Assembly (NCBI GenBank): GCA_905178155.1
Contig: CAJINV010000011.1
Coordinates: 705,982 to 769,981 of the forward strand
Length of the DNA stretch: 64,000 nt
Reading direction: 5' to 3'
DNA from: Amoebophrya sp. A120
Lineage: Eukaryota; Protista; Dinoflagellata
Both the position numbers and the translations under genes were made by a program. Under the pieces are notes generated by a model. The model was given only the letters and a program-made list of their open reading frames with translations. It was not told where the DNA came from and did no database searches. Positions within the stretch are counted from its first letter, which is position 1; each line of letters starts with the position of its first letter. Below, one piece after another: positions 50,887 to 61,865 of this stretch.

Positions 50887-53800
50887 ATGTTCCGGGGTTC
50901 CCGCGGCCCCGGTGCGCGTGGGGCGAACCACCTGCTCCGCCTAAACTTCGACGGAGATAATGAAAATCCTGACCAGCGAGGTCCACCCGCCAAGGAACAC
51001 CAGAACCTCATGCTGAGCACCGTTCCGGAGGAGCCGGATCTGACCGGCTGCGGGTCTCCGTCCCACCGCATGAACTACATGGACGCGATGCCTAGTCCGA
51101 CGAGAAATCGCAATGCCGAGAAATTCGAGCAACAAGCTGCGACGAGCACTTCGAGTAGTTCGAGCAGCAAGCCGAAGAACATTCGATCGAATTCGAATTC
51201 TGTCAAGGGTGGTTTGCTGCAGAAAAAGCCACCGGGCGTAGTCCTCGGAGGTATGAGCAGAACTACTACCGCTTCGACAGGAGCGGCCACGCTGTTCTAC
51301 TCGGACCAGAACGCGGACCTCGTTGGGCCGCCTGGTCCTGAAACGCAATCTTCCGAGCACGAGACCTACTCGGACGACTTCGAGAGCAACACGTCGACGA
51401 CCATGAACACGAATCAAAGGGGCGAAAATAACGACACCTTCTCCGAGCGGGTACGGCTAGCGGCGGGGTCGGAGTCCGGTCACATGCACCGCTTCGGCAT
51501 GGAAAATAACTTCTCCAGAGGCAACGGTGCTCCTGGTCGCTATGAAGACGTCTCCTACCCTCTACGAAACAGCGACAGGGACAGTGGCGGTTTCGGATCA
51601 TACAGCAATAATTATCCACAACACGACGCTGCAGCAGGTGCTGTCGCTTCATCAGGTGAAGGTGTTCCCTCGTCGTCCGGAAATAAGATCCTGTACCCAA
51701 ATGCCTACATGAACACGAACACGAGCAGTAGTTCTACTACTCGTAATATGCATCAAATGCATCAACCACAGCAACAACACGGTCAACAACAGCTCCCACC
51801 GATGTTGACGACAAGCACGAATTATAACTCGTCTCCACATCGTCCTGCCGGCGGGGTGATCGACGCGGTGCGGCAACGGCGGCTGACCGGACGTTTTCCG
51901 GTCTCTGCAGAAGAAGCGGAGCAGGAGAACCGAGCCAGAGAGGGGATGGACCGTCTCAGTCCGGACATTTCTAATCCTGGTGCGCGGAGTTATCCGAATC
52001 AACAAAACTATCACGACGTAGACCCGGGTCCTCCGATTCCGAACCGGGGGCCGAGTTTCGGACCCATGACGCACCTCGACGAAATGTTCAAACTCAGTAG
52101 CGAAGAGGAGATGCTCCTGCAGCCACGACAAGAAGAACAGGAAAATTTTAAACGACAACAAGCTTCATCAACATCCTCAGCCGAAGGAGCTGCACAACAG
52201 CTGGATGACTCGCAGCACGGCATTGAGATGAGCCGGTTCTGGATCAATATGGCGGACAAGTTGGAGAGAGAGAAGCAGTTTTTTGTGCAGAACGAGCAGT
52301 TTGAACCGGCGCTGCAGAAGCACCGCGAGCTGATGGGACTCAAGATTGCCCGGGAAGAATTCTCGCGCCGCCACGGCGCGTTGTCCGGGCACCGATCGCG
52401 GTTGCGGAACGAGCTATTGCAAATGATCGAACAGGAACGGTACCAGACCTGCATCCGTTTGAAGCGGAACGAAACCGAGCTGGAGCACTCGCTGGAGGAA
52501 CTGCGACTAGCGGAGACGGAGTGGCGGAAGCGGGTAGAGGGGAATTTCCGCCTGCTGGCCGCGATCGAGCGCAATCCCGCGAAGATGCTGCCGCCGATGA
52601 GTCTCCCGGGGTTTTTACTGTCGGCAGGCAGTGGAGGACGTGGAGGAGAGGGCGCGAACAACAGCAGCAGCGACGAACAGTACTACGACGAGAACGACTC
52701 CACCAGCTTTTCCGGGGTGGAGCACGATTACAGTTACGGCGGAACCACGACAGCAGCAAGTCCGGAGGATTTTGGCGGTCGGGGAAGTTTTCCCGCAGCG
52801 GCGCAGCATCTGCGAAAGCAACCGGTCGGGCGAAGTGGCGGTGGTGGGCAGCATAGACCTCCGACCAAGGGAGCTACAACAGCAGCTTCGAATTATCACA
52901 AACGCGCGACATCAAACTCTGCAAGCGCGAATCGAACGACGAGGAGTAGAAATGGTGGCCTCTCTACTACCGCGTCGGTGTCGCAACGGATGTCGTACGT
53001 TTCGACCGCTTTGGAGGAAGACTCGGACTCGGAGGAGCAAGAATTTTACTACAACGACAACACCGTCAGCTCTGCGAGCCAGTTCGTCTACACAAACATG
53101 CACACAAATAGTAACCGAAACGCAATATCCACTGGTGGAGCACCTCCGCTCGTTACGAGGCCGCGTCCTGCGACGGCCGGGCCGCGGGGGAGGGAAGACC
53201 GGCGCACCGAAACTGCAAATTCGAATTCCAACGTTCCGCCAGTCGCGGCGCCACGACAGCGGCCGCAGAGCGCGAGAGCTGCCAGCCAGGATTCCCGACC
53301 GCGCAGTTCCTCCGCGAGGGTTCTGGATCACGCGAGCACGACTTTGTCCGAGCTGTTCAGCACGACCACGAAAAACACGGCTAGCACCTACCGCGTTACG
53401 CGCCCGGGGTCCGCGAAGGCCTACCCGGCCTACGAGCAGGTGCGGAGCTCCGTCGGGAGCAAGCGGAAGCAGTCGCTGGAGCGCACGCGGCTGGCCGCGT
53501 CGGCGCTCGCGGCTCAGCAGATCAAGCACTTTGACCGGTTCCAGCAGAAGCAGGCCCGGGCCGACCGGGAACGGAGCAACTCGCTGCGCCGGCAGGCGGA
53601 CTGGAACGCCAGCCAGTACGTGGAGCGGGGCCCGAGTCCGACGACGCGGGTGTACATGAACGGGCAGATCGCGGAGAAGCAGCGGATTCTAGACAAAGAA
53701 CAGCAAGCCGTGGCGGAGATCTCCGTCATGCGGTCACGACAATCGCTTTACAACGACAGTTTTTATCAACAAAAGCATCCTGGCTCCACCCGCACTACGC

Positions 53801-56800
53801 CCCGAGGAGGAGTTGGTTCCTCGTCGCGGCCGGGGTCCGCGCCAGCACACAGAATCATGATCGGGTCCTCGTCTTCATCGCAGCTACACTCGGCTAGCAA
53901 GATTTCCCTCTTCTCCAACCGCGGCATGACAAGCCGTTCGAAGGGCAGGGTGTACGTGCCCCGACCTAAATATGACCACGTGAAGTCCCGCCTGTACCAG
54001 CCGACCGCGGCGTTTCTGTCCATGGAGGCGCAGAACAAGGGCTATCAATTAGTGCCGAAACAGGAGAAACGGAAAACCAGAGAGCAGATTCTGTTGGACA
54101 AGCTCCCAAGTAAGACGCACCACGACAAGAGCTTTTCCGAGACGAATGGGCTGCTGAAGCAGTGGAAAGGCGTGAATCCGGTGATCGACGAGATTCTGAA
54201 CAAAGACTCCTTCTACCCGCGCACGAACCAATCCAGATCTCCCTCGCCCCGCATGCTGCTGGAAGTCGGGCCGCCGCCCCTCAACGGCGGGAAAATAGCG
54301 AACGGGGGTCAACAGCAGGGGAGCGCCAACAAGTTCAGCACCCGACCGAGAAGGAAGCGACCAGTTTTGGGTGGTGGTGCGCAAAACAACAACTACAACG
54401 CGGCGATGATGACCCAGAAATTACCCCTGCCGGCGCAAGAACTACCAGCTCCGTTCGCCCAGCGATTGCCCGCTGCAGGAGCCGACGAACTCGACACCGC
54501 GCAACCGAGTCCCGCCACCACGATTGTCAGCGTGGCGACGCCTGATTTCGTTGCGGCACCGAAACCGATCTTTCCACAGAGTGTTGCTGAAGAACAGGCT
54601 GTTTCTGTGCAACAAGAGGATGTTAAAAAAGCAGTTATCCCGCTCGACCAGGACAAGTCCTCCTCTTCCGATGACGAGGAAACGAATGCGCAACAACTGG
54701 AGCTAAACCCGATGGCGAGCGACACCGCCTCCCTCCGCCTCGCGATCAAAAAGTTGAAGTTGTGGAAAAAATTGTCCAAAGCGACGATAGGAGGGACATA
54801 CACCTTGAAACAGGACGTTGAGAAACCGTTATTCCCCTTCTTCCTCCGCACTTTGCGTGCGTTGCACAATTTACAAAACTCTTCCTTCAACACCCGGATG
54901 CTGTCCGAAGCGGAATTAGGGTCAAAATCCGAACAGGAAAACTTCGCCGAGGGGGTGCTCGCGACTATCGCATTGTTTCAAAACTGGGGGAGTTCTGTAC
55001 GGAAGACGTTACTGCCCAGTTCGACACAACTCGTCACGGGGGAGAACCTGCCGGAGCCGCGGACGCGGCGGGCGCTGATGGCGTTATTGTGCATCGCGGA
55101 CATGGAATCGGTGGTGGAGATGTTCTTTCCACACAACGAGGACACTAACGGGAGTTCCGTTCCTAGTGGTAGTCGTGACTTGTCCGAAGCCAAAATCCTA
55201 AATCCCTCGCAGCAGATCAAGCGGGCCTGTTACGAGCTGTTCTACGAACTAGACTACGACGCGGCGAAGAGTTTGCTGAGGGTGGAGGAAAGCGAGAAAA
55301 TCAATTCAACAGTTTTCTGGCTCGGTGTCGACGCGGTGCTGCAACTGAACCACGTGGAGTCTTCCTCATCCGCTGTGGCGTATGACAGAGAGTGGATGCT
55401 TTTGCTCGTCCGCGCACACTGTGAGAAGATGGAGGTGGGGAGAATCCGGGAGTTGTTTCAGATTTCCTCTTCTAGAGAACAAGCAGCAGCTCTCGCGGAT
55501 CAAAAGCAGCATTCTGGTCCGTCAATCCATTCTTTGTCCAGTGCCTCGTTGGAGCAGGTGAGCTCCCCGGTGCCGATTTTCGCCGCGGAGGGAAAGAAGG
55601 TGCCGAGTTCCGTGGTGTCGGTTGTGGAGTCAGAGGTTATTGTCGTGTCTGGCTCAGCGGGCGGGACAAACACGGGCACGGAAAGCGAGGAGCAACTGTG
55701 GGGGAACATCAAATTGGCGAACAAAGATAAAAATATCGTTGCAGCTCCGGTAAAACAGCCCAGCCCCGCAGACAGTGAGCAGAGCTTCGAAACCAGGGCG
55801 AAGACGTTTGGGGAACAGAAGGGCGTTGTTGGGTCGGTGCAGAGAGAAGAGGACTTGCATGACCACGACGGTGATTTTGACAAAAAAAGCAATTACGAGG
55901 AGGACGCGTTTGAAACGGCGTCGAACGGGGAGCAAAATGATAAAGTAGAAGCCTTCAGCGAACCTCCGGGAACATCATCGAGTAAGAACAGTGCGGACCA
56001 CTTGAAGATACTACGGCCAGAACCAAGTACTCTTCAAAACGAGTCAGAAGATCCAAAACGACCCGGCGAGGAAGCAGAAGCAGATGAACCCGTATCCGAA
56101 CAAAATTTCCCCATGTTTCACTCCGACACGGATCGCGGTACCATATCTTCGAAAAATTCCAGCAAAGAAACGCCACTGGTGAACCTTTTGCAACCTCCAG
56201 GAGCTGCTGCGCCACTTTCTCAGCAAGAAGACGATGACGAGCCGGACATTGTGGCCACCAACTTCGACGCGGATGAATCACTGATGCGGACGGAGGGCGG
56301 CAAAGCGTTTTCCTCTTCAAACGCCCCGTCCTCTGTGGAAGAGGAGCCACAAGCCGCAGCGGAGTATCCGGGGACTGCGGAGGAGGAGGCGGTGGAAACA
56401 AAGCCGGTTGTAGTTCAACATCAAGTCGCTCCTGTACAACAACAACCGCAAAAAATCAAAGAAGTGTTTTCCGACGCTGGGTCGAGTAACCTCCCCGGGT
56501 TTAAAAGCTCCTCGGCGAGAAGTGAAAATGATGAAAACGATAACGATGATGTTGAAAGAGGAGGAAGCCAAACGAAAACCGGCTCCCCCGGTGCAAATTT
56601 CCTGAACATGCTGAACACCGCCGGAGAACAAGAAGAGACCACGCAAAATACACATCAGTACACAAATAAAGCGGATGACCCGGAAAAAGACAACTTCGAA
56701 ACATTGGGGTCGCAGTTTGGACGAGCGCACGAGGATATGGATTGTAAAAATGTCTGGGTCTGGAAGAATGCAACTTGTCATGCTAAATCTGAATCATGTA

Positions 56801-58720
56801 AAAATCTGTGCTGCATGATTACCAAAAGCTGTCCACTTTTGACCTAGTCGAGAGGCAGTTTCTCATGCAGGGTAGGCATGATAGATAGATCTCTCACGGA
56901 ATCTGTCATGCTCTGTCCTACATGCCAGACCTCAGGGGTCATGGAAAATATGCATGACAAACCCGGCATTATTCCAGACCCAGACATTTTTGCATTTGAT
57001 AGAGGAGAGCAAGCGATCGTCTGGTAGGTCCGGATCCTACGACGAAGACGATTTTCACAGCGACGCGCTGCCGCTACCAGGTGGGTCTTCGGAACAGGAG
57101 GAAGCCTCGGAAGAAAAACCAGCATCGGCAGGTGCGGCAGAGGAAGAAGCTGCAGCTCCGAGGGGGGAGGTACAGTTGATGTAGGGTTTTTTTATTCTAT
57201 TTACGGCACCGTCGCTGACTCGTAACGCTTTCGCTTTCCGAGTTTTATTTGGGTTTGTCCGAATAAATATCTGTACCTCTTCGTCGCAAACGCAAACGCC
57301 AATGCTTTCTGTTTGTTCTGCATGCACAATCAGCTTGGAGCAACATGGCCTGTAAAATTATCAGGTTGAAGTCCGGGGCAGTATGCAAGTTCCAGAAGAC
57401 GAGCAATCCGCGTCCGCCAGTAAGGAGAGCGTGAGCAGCAGCCTGTTTGGCCCGTCGTCTTCCGAAGCTGCTGGGGTTGAGCGGTTTGACCAGAATACTA
57501 CCCAAGGACAACAAGAAGGTGGAACACCAGCACCAGAGGAGCAACGCGAGACGAGTCCAACACGAGCAGAATCTACTTCACAGAATGACCCTTCGTCGAC
57601 AACATCATTGAACGAAGCGTTCATCCCGTCGCTAGAGTTGTCCCCCCAAGCAGCGCTTCGGGAGATCATGAACTCCTCCGCGATTCAGTCGTCCCTAAAA
57701 ATCAACTACTTGTCCGAGTGGAAAAACCGGAAAAGCAGTGTGACAGAGGAAGAAACGTTAAGGCCGAGAGAGAATTCTATTTATTCGGAGGATACAGGAC
57801 CAGCGCCACTCGTGCGACCGCCAACTTTTGCTTCCTCTTCTTCCAATGTTAACACTGGGGAGGGCATGATGAACACTACCGCCACACCAAGCACAAGCCT
57901 CCCGATCGGCGGGCTCGGGCCCTACCAATCCGCAGCGCCAGCAAACACAGTGTACCCCCAGATGATGATGATGAACAATAATTCTGCTGACAACAATTTT
58001 TCCGCGAAAGCCGCCGCCCCCCAGCAGCCCACGGTCCGCCCTCTAATCCCGCCTGCGGCGGACGCTGCGCAGAAACCTGGTTCCCCCTTTTCCAACATCC
58101 GGAGCCTCGTGCCCCCGCCCGCCGTGCCGAAACTCCCCAACGAACTGCCCTCCATGTTGTCCGACGACGAGGAGGCCGGGGTTTACGAGGACGATTTCGG
58201 CAGCGATGAGGACCACGACGGTGGCCAGTTTTCCGAGGAGGAACACTTCAAGGAGCCGCCACTGCAGTCGTCGGATTCTACTCTCGGCCTGAACTCGTAC
58301 GGGTCGTCGGATGTGGGCTCCGGGACAGTGTTTGGGAGTAAAAGAACGGTCCTGCTCAATGAGGAAGAAGAGCATGATCCCTTCGCGGGGCCGGTGGGTG
58401 GGAAGAGCGTCATGTTTCCGACTGGCGGAGGGGGTAGTACTGCTGGGGGTCGTGGTAGCAGTTCGTCCTCGAGAGGCACTACAGGTGCGCCGGGTAGGGG
58501 TAAGAACTTTGCCAACGCAGGCGGTGCAGCACTTCCTGCTTCCAGGTCCTTGTTGCAGAACATCGAGGACACCGAGAGCGACGGGTCCTCCTCCGCGGGC
58601 ATCGATATCGACACGTCATTGGAGAGCATTGAGAACATCATTAAGGAGGCGAGGAAAAAGCGCGCCGGGGGTGGCGGCGGCGGGGAGAAGGAAGACGAGG
58701 AAGGGGTGACGCTACAGTAA
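50887..58720 (+). CDS. Large (~2,450 aa) low-complexity/coiled-coil protein with two UVR-like motifs
   Basis: ORF 50887 continues through TIR element 56736-57001 and GT-AG intron 57170-57364 into ORF 57383-58720. KLEREKQFFVQNEQFEPAL and LLQMIEQERYQTCIRLK resemble UVR coiled-coil motifs. Confidence 0.7.
56736..57001. mobile_element. Introner family A
   Basis: Family A TIR, TSD gagga; removal gives AHEESKR. Confidence 0.92.
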
Positions 58721-59209
58721 GCAAAAGTTGCAGTTTGTGTATTGATGAAATGAAACAGAATGTCCATAGTCGTGATTGTTCACTTGTTGTGCTACTCATG
58801 TATCGAAAAAATTTAGTGAGAAACCGCGAGAACTAGTACCGTGTTGTCAACACTCTCTTGTCCCTACTTTTTGTTTGCCCAAGATTTATTTCACCATTTA
58901 CCGCGTCCATTAACTTGGAGTAATGCTATTCTTGAACTTGTTTAACCGCTTATTCTCTTTGAATTTGGTAATAACCTTACAACAGACAAAATTTTTTACG
59001 CGTTCGAGCGTCAGCTTACAAAAGAGCACAAGAAGATGAAATCTGTTTCAGACTTTCCGCGTTTCAAGGTCAAACTTTATCGGTTTCTGTTAGATGAGCT
59101 GGGTGGAAGAGAATACAGCTGGCATTGTACAAGTAGCACAGTTGTTGACGAAGATTGATCCAGAAGGCGTCGACCACGAACTCTTTAGACAACAGTGTTC
59201 GGAGATAGA

Positions 59210-61232
59210 CTGGATCAGCACCGACATCGGCGGGGCATATGACAGTGCTCAGGTCGGAAAATTGTTTAGAGGCGTGCCGCGAAATGGGGGGCGCCCCAGC
59301 ATGTGGGCGCTTCGTCCGCGCCTGGATGGTAAGCCGCGCAAGCCCGGCGCGTTTTGGCGGGAATGCCTTCACAGGCAGCGCCTGCATCATTGGGCTAGCG
59401 CGGGGCGGAATTGCCTCGCTCGCTGCGTGGGGCCTGTTGGTTGATTCCTTGCCCAAGCTAGCGCCTCCGGGGAAGAAGTTGCGGCTGCGGGCAGGCGGGG
59501 GCCGCGCGGGTGGGCTTCTACGCAGACGACAGGGCGCCTATGATGGCCGCAACCAACCGCAAGAAGCGGGCCGGGACACTTCGCAAAAGAGCGACGGCAC
59601 TGCGCGAAGAACGGGAGGCGCTCGGCCTCGGCCCCGACAGGGCCGTGCCAAGGGCCCCAGCCTCGTCGGCGCCCATGCCCGTGAAGCGGAGGCTCGAGCA
59701 GGCAGGACGCCGGCAAGCCCCCTGTGTGAGTGTCTGATTGGGTGGGCCGAAACATTGCCCACGCGCGCCAGCCGTCGGAGAGCAGCGCCGCCCCGTTTGG
59801 GCCGTTGGTTTGCCAAGACTGAAGGCGCGAGGCTATTTGTTGCGATGCAGCCTGCCTGCCCCCCACTGCGCCGGCCGCTGCGCCCATGCCCCAGAGGGCC
59901 CCTACGTACAGGCACGGCAAGCGGCCACGCATCGGTTGCGGCGCGGGCAAGAAAGCCGGGCGGGGCCCCTTCCCTCGGGGGCGGGGCGCGCGCGCCGTGT
60001 GTTTCGGCGTGGCCCCGCATCGCTGCCGGCGCCAGGGGGGCCGGGCGGGGGCGCGGGCTAGATTCCTCGCCCCGGGACAGCCAGGGGGCCAGGCAGCAGA
60101 CCGGCGAGAGAATCCAAACCCCCAAGATGGCACTGGTGCAGATCTATGATGGTGGAAGTGCCGGGCGTCGGGGCCCGTAGGCGCGCGGGGGAGGGCGGGC
60201 GCAAACGGCACGCGGCCCCCTGGTTGCCTGTAGATCGTCCGGAACCGTGGAAGACAGGCCGAGCCGTGTCGCAGCGAGTCTGTTAGTTTTTGACTTTTTG
60301 ACTTTTTGCGCCATGTTGTTTGGCTTTTTCCCTTTCCCACAGGCCCCGGAATTTTTAGCGCATGGCCCCTAGCCTAACGGCCCCCATCTGTAGCGGGTTG
60401 GGGGAAATAAAACGCGCGCCGGGGCCTCCGAGATTCATTGCGCCGGCACCGCTGCGCATCCGCGGCATGTATGAGGAAGAGGCGGGCCCCCTGTTTTGCC
60501 TTGGGGCGTGCTGCCCGCACCACCGAGCTTGGCGCTTTGCATGGTTTCGCGCCTCTTTGTTTGCGCAGCAGCTTCGGCGATGCTGGAGCGTCCGGCCAAC
60601 AAGGGCCACGGCGGGGGGGGGCTTCGCGGGGGATGCGAAAATAAAAGCAGGGCGCGCCGAACGCTCGAGATGCAAAAAAGCAGATGAAGGCGCCCGCCCC
60701 TACCTTTTGAGCAAGTGCCAGGAAGCCGCGGAGACGGCGCGCGCAGCTTCAGGAGATTCGGGGCGCGGGGCGCGGGTTTCTCGGCAGCGGCGGCCGGCCC
60801 TTCGGGGGCGCTACGTAATAGCCCCCCCCGGCGGGCGCGGGCCCCCGGGGCCGTTACTATAGGGGGCCGGTCGGGTGGGGCCGTTGGCTTTTCAGAAAGA
60901 ACCAAGCCAGGGGGCGGACTGGCCCGCCACCATAGCATGCGAGGGAGGGGAGGCGCGTGGGAGAGCGGCTGCCGCCGCGCCAGGCATAGGCCCGCCGGCC
61001 AGTTGGACCCAAAGGAGAAACCACTGGGGCTGTCGGGAAAACAATGACGCCGCTTTGTTGGGAAGGTCCGGGAACAGCGTCGCGGGCGAGCAAGCGCGAC
61101 AACCAGTCGCGGCCGGAAAAAGGTTGGCCGATATGTGGCCCCAAGTGGATAGATATGGCAGCGTGGCTGCGTGTGTCGTAGGCACAGACCAAATGACATT
61201 CCGCTACGGTGTGTTCAGCTCGATATTGGTGT
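59210..61232. other. ~2-kb GC-rich intergenic foreign insert
   Basis: Imperfect ~40-bp direct repeat cgtcgacc..cacgaact..tagacaacagtgttc at ~59168-59209 and ~61233-61278. Confidence 0.7.
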
Positions 61233-61865
61233 CGTCGACCTCCACGAACTGCTATAGACAACAGTGTTCCAAAATAGAAGCACTCCTGAGCCGCACAGCG
61301 CGGTTTCTTCTGTGGATCTACGTTTTTGGAAGCTTTCAAGCACGATCTCCTTCGCAACTCTTTTTTGGATCTAGTGATCGCTTTTTGAATTTGAAGATCG
61401 CGTTCAGGTTACGGATAAAATCTGGCACATCTTCTTCGTGTTGCGCTGAAAAAAAAGATCGAGTCGAACCATAATACCCTGCGACCTTGTGGCCGCAAAA
61501 CATAAAAAAAAGCCATGGAGATGCATCCAGGAACCGACCCACCTCACCGTAGCGGGGTCGAATTCTACGGCGGGCGAGCTTATGGTAGTTCTAGTTCCAG
61601 GTCATCACCAATGGGATTTGACGACGAGGAAGACATCACGAGAAGACGACAGCAGAGTGGCTGTCTTTCGCACAGTTACACAGGCGCAACAACTTGGAAG
61701 TCTCGCTTCAGCTGTAGAAGCTGGCGAAACAAAGGCCAAGAAGCTGTGAATGTGGTTACTGACAGACGACACCGTTTACGCACAAGCGCTGTTCCTTCTC
61801 GGAGACGTCGCAGGTTGGATTCGCTCTGGTGCAATGCAGGAGCACAGCCCGGCTTTGGGGTCACG

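Noticed and set aside
20001-57001. Recurrent peptides [13 protein letters not shown] and FQTQTFLH in the ORF track as a protein family
   Set aside because: They are translations of the family A TIR, not proteins.
897-58767. Numerous minus-strand ORFs
   Set aside because: They are shadows of long plus-strand exons with no independent motifs.
59094-59444. Protein-like ORF MSWVEENTAG...
   Set aside because: It crosses the insert boundary into GC-rich sequence and has no recognisable homology; unsupported as a gene.
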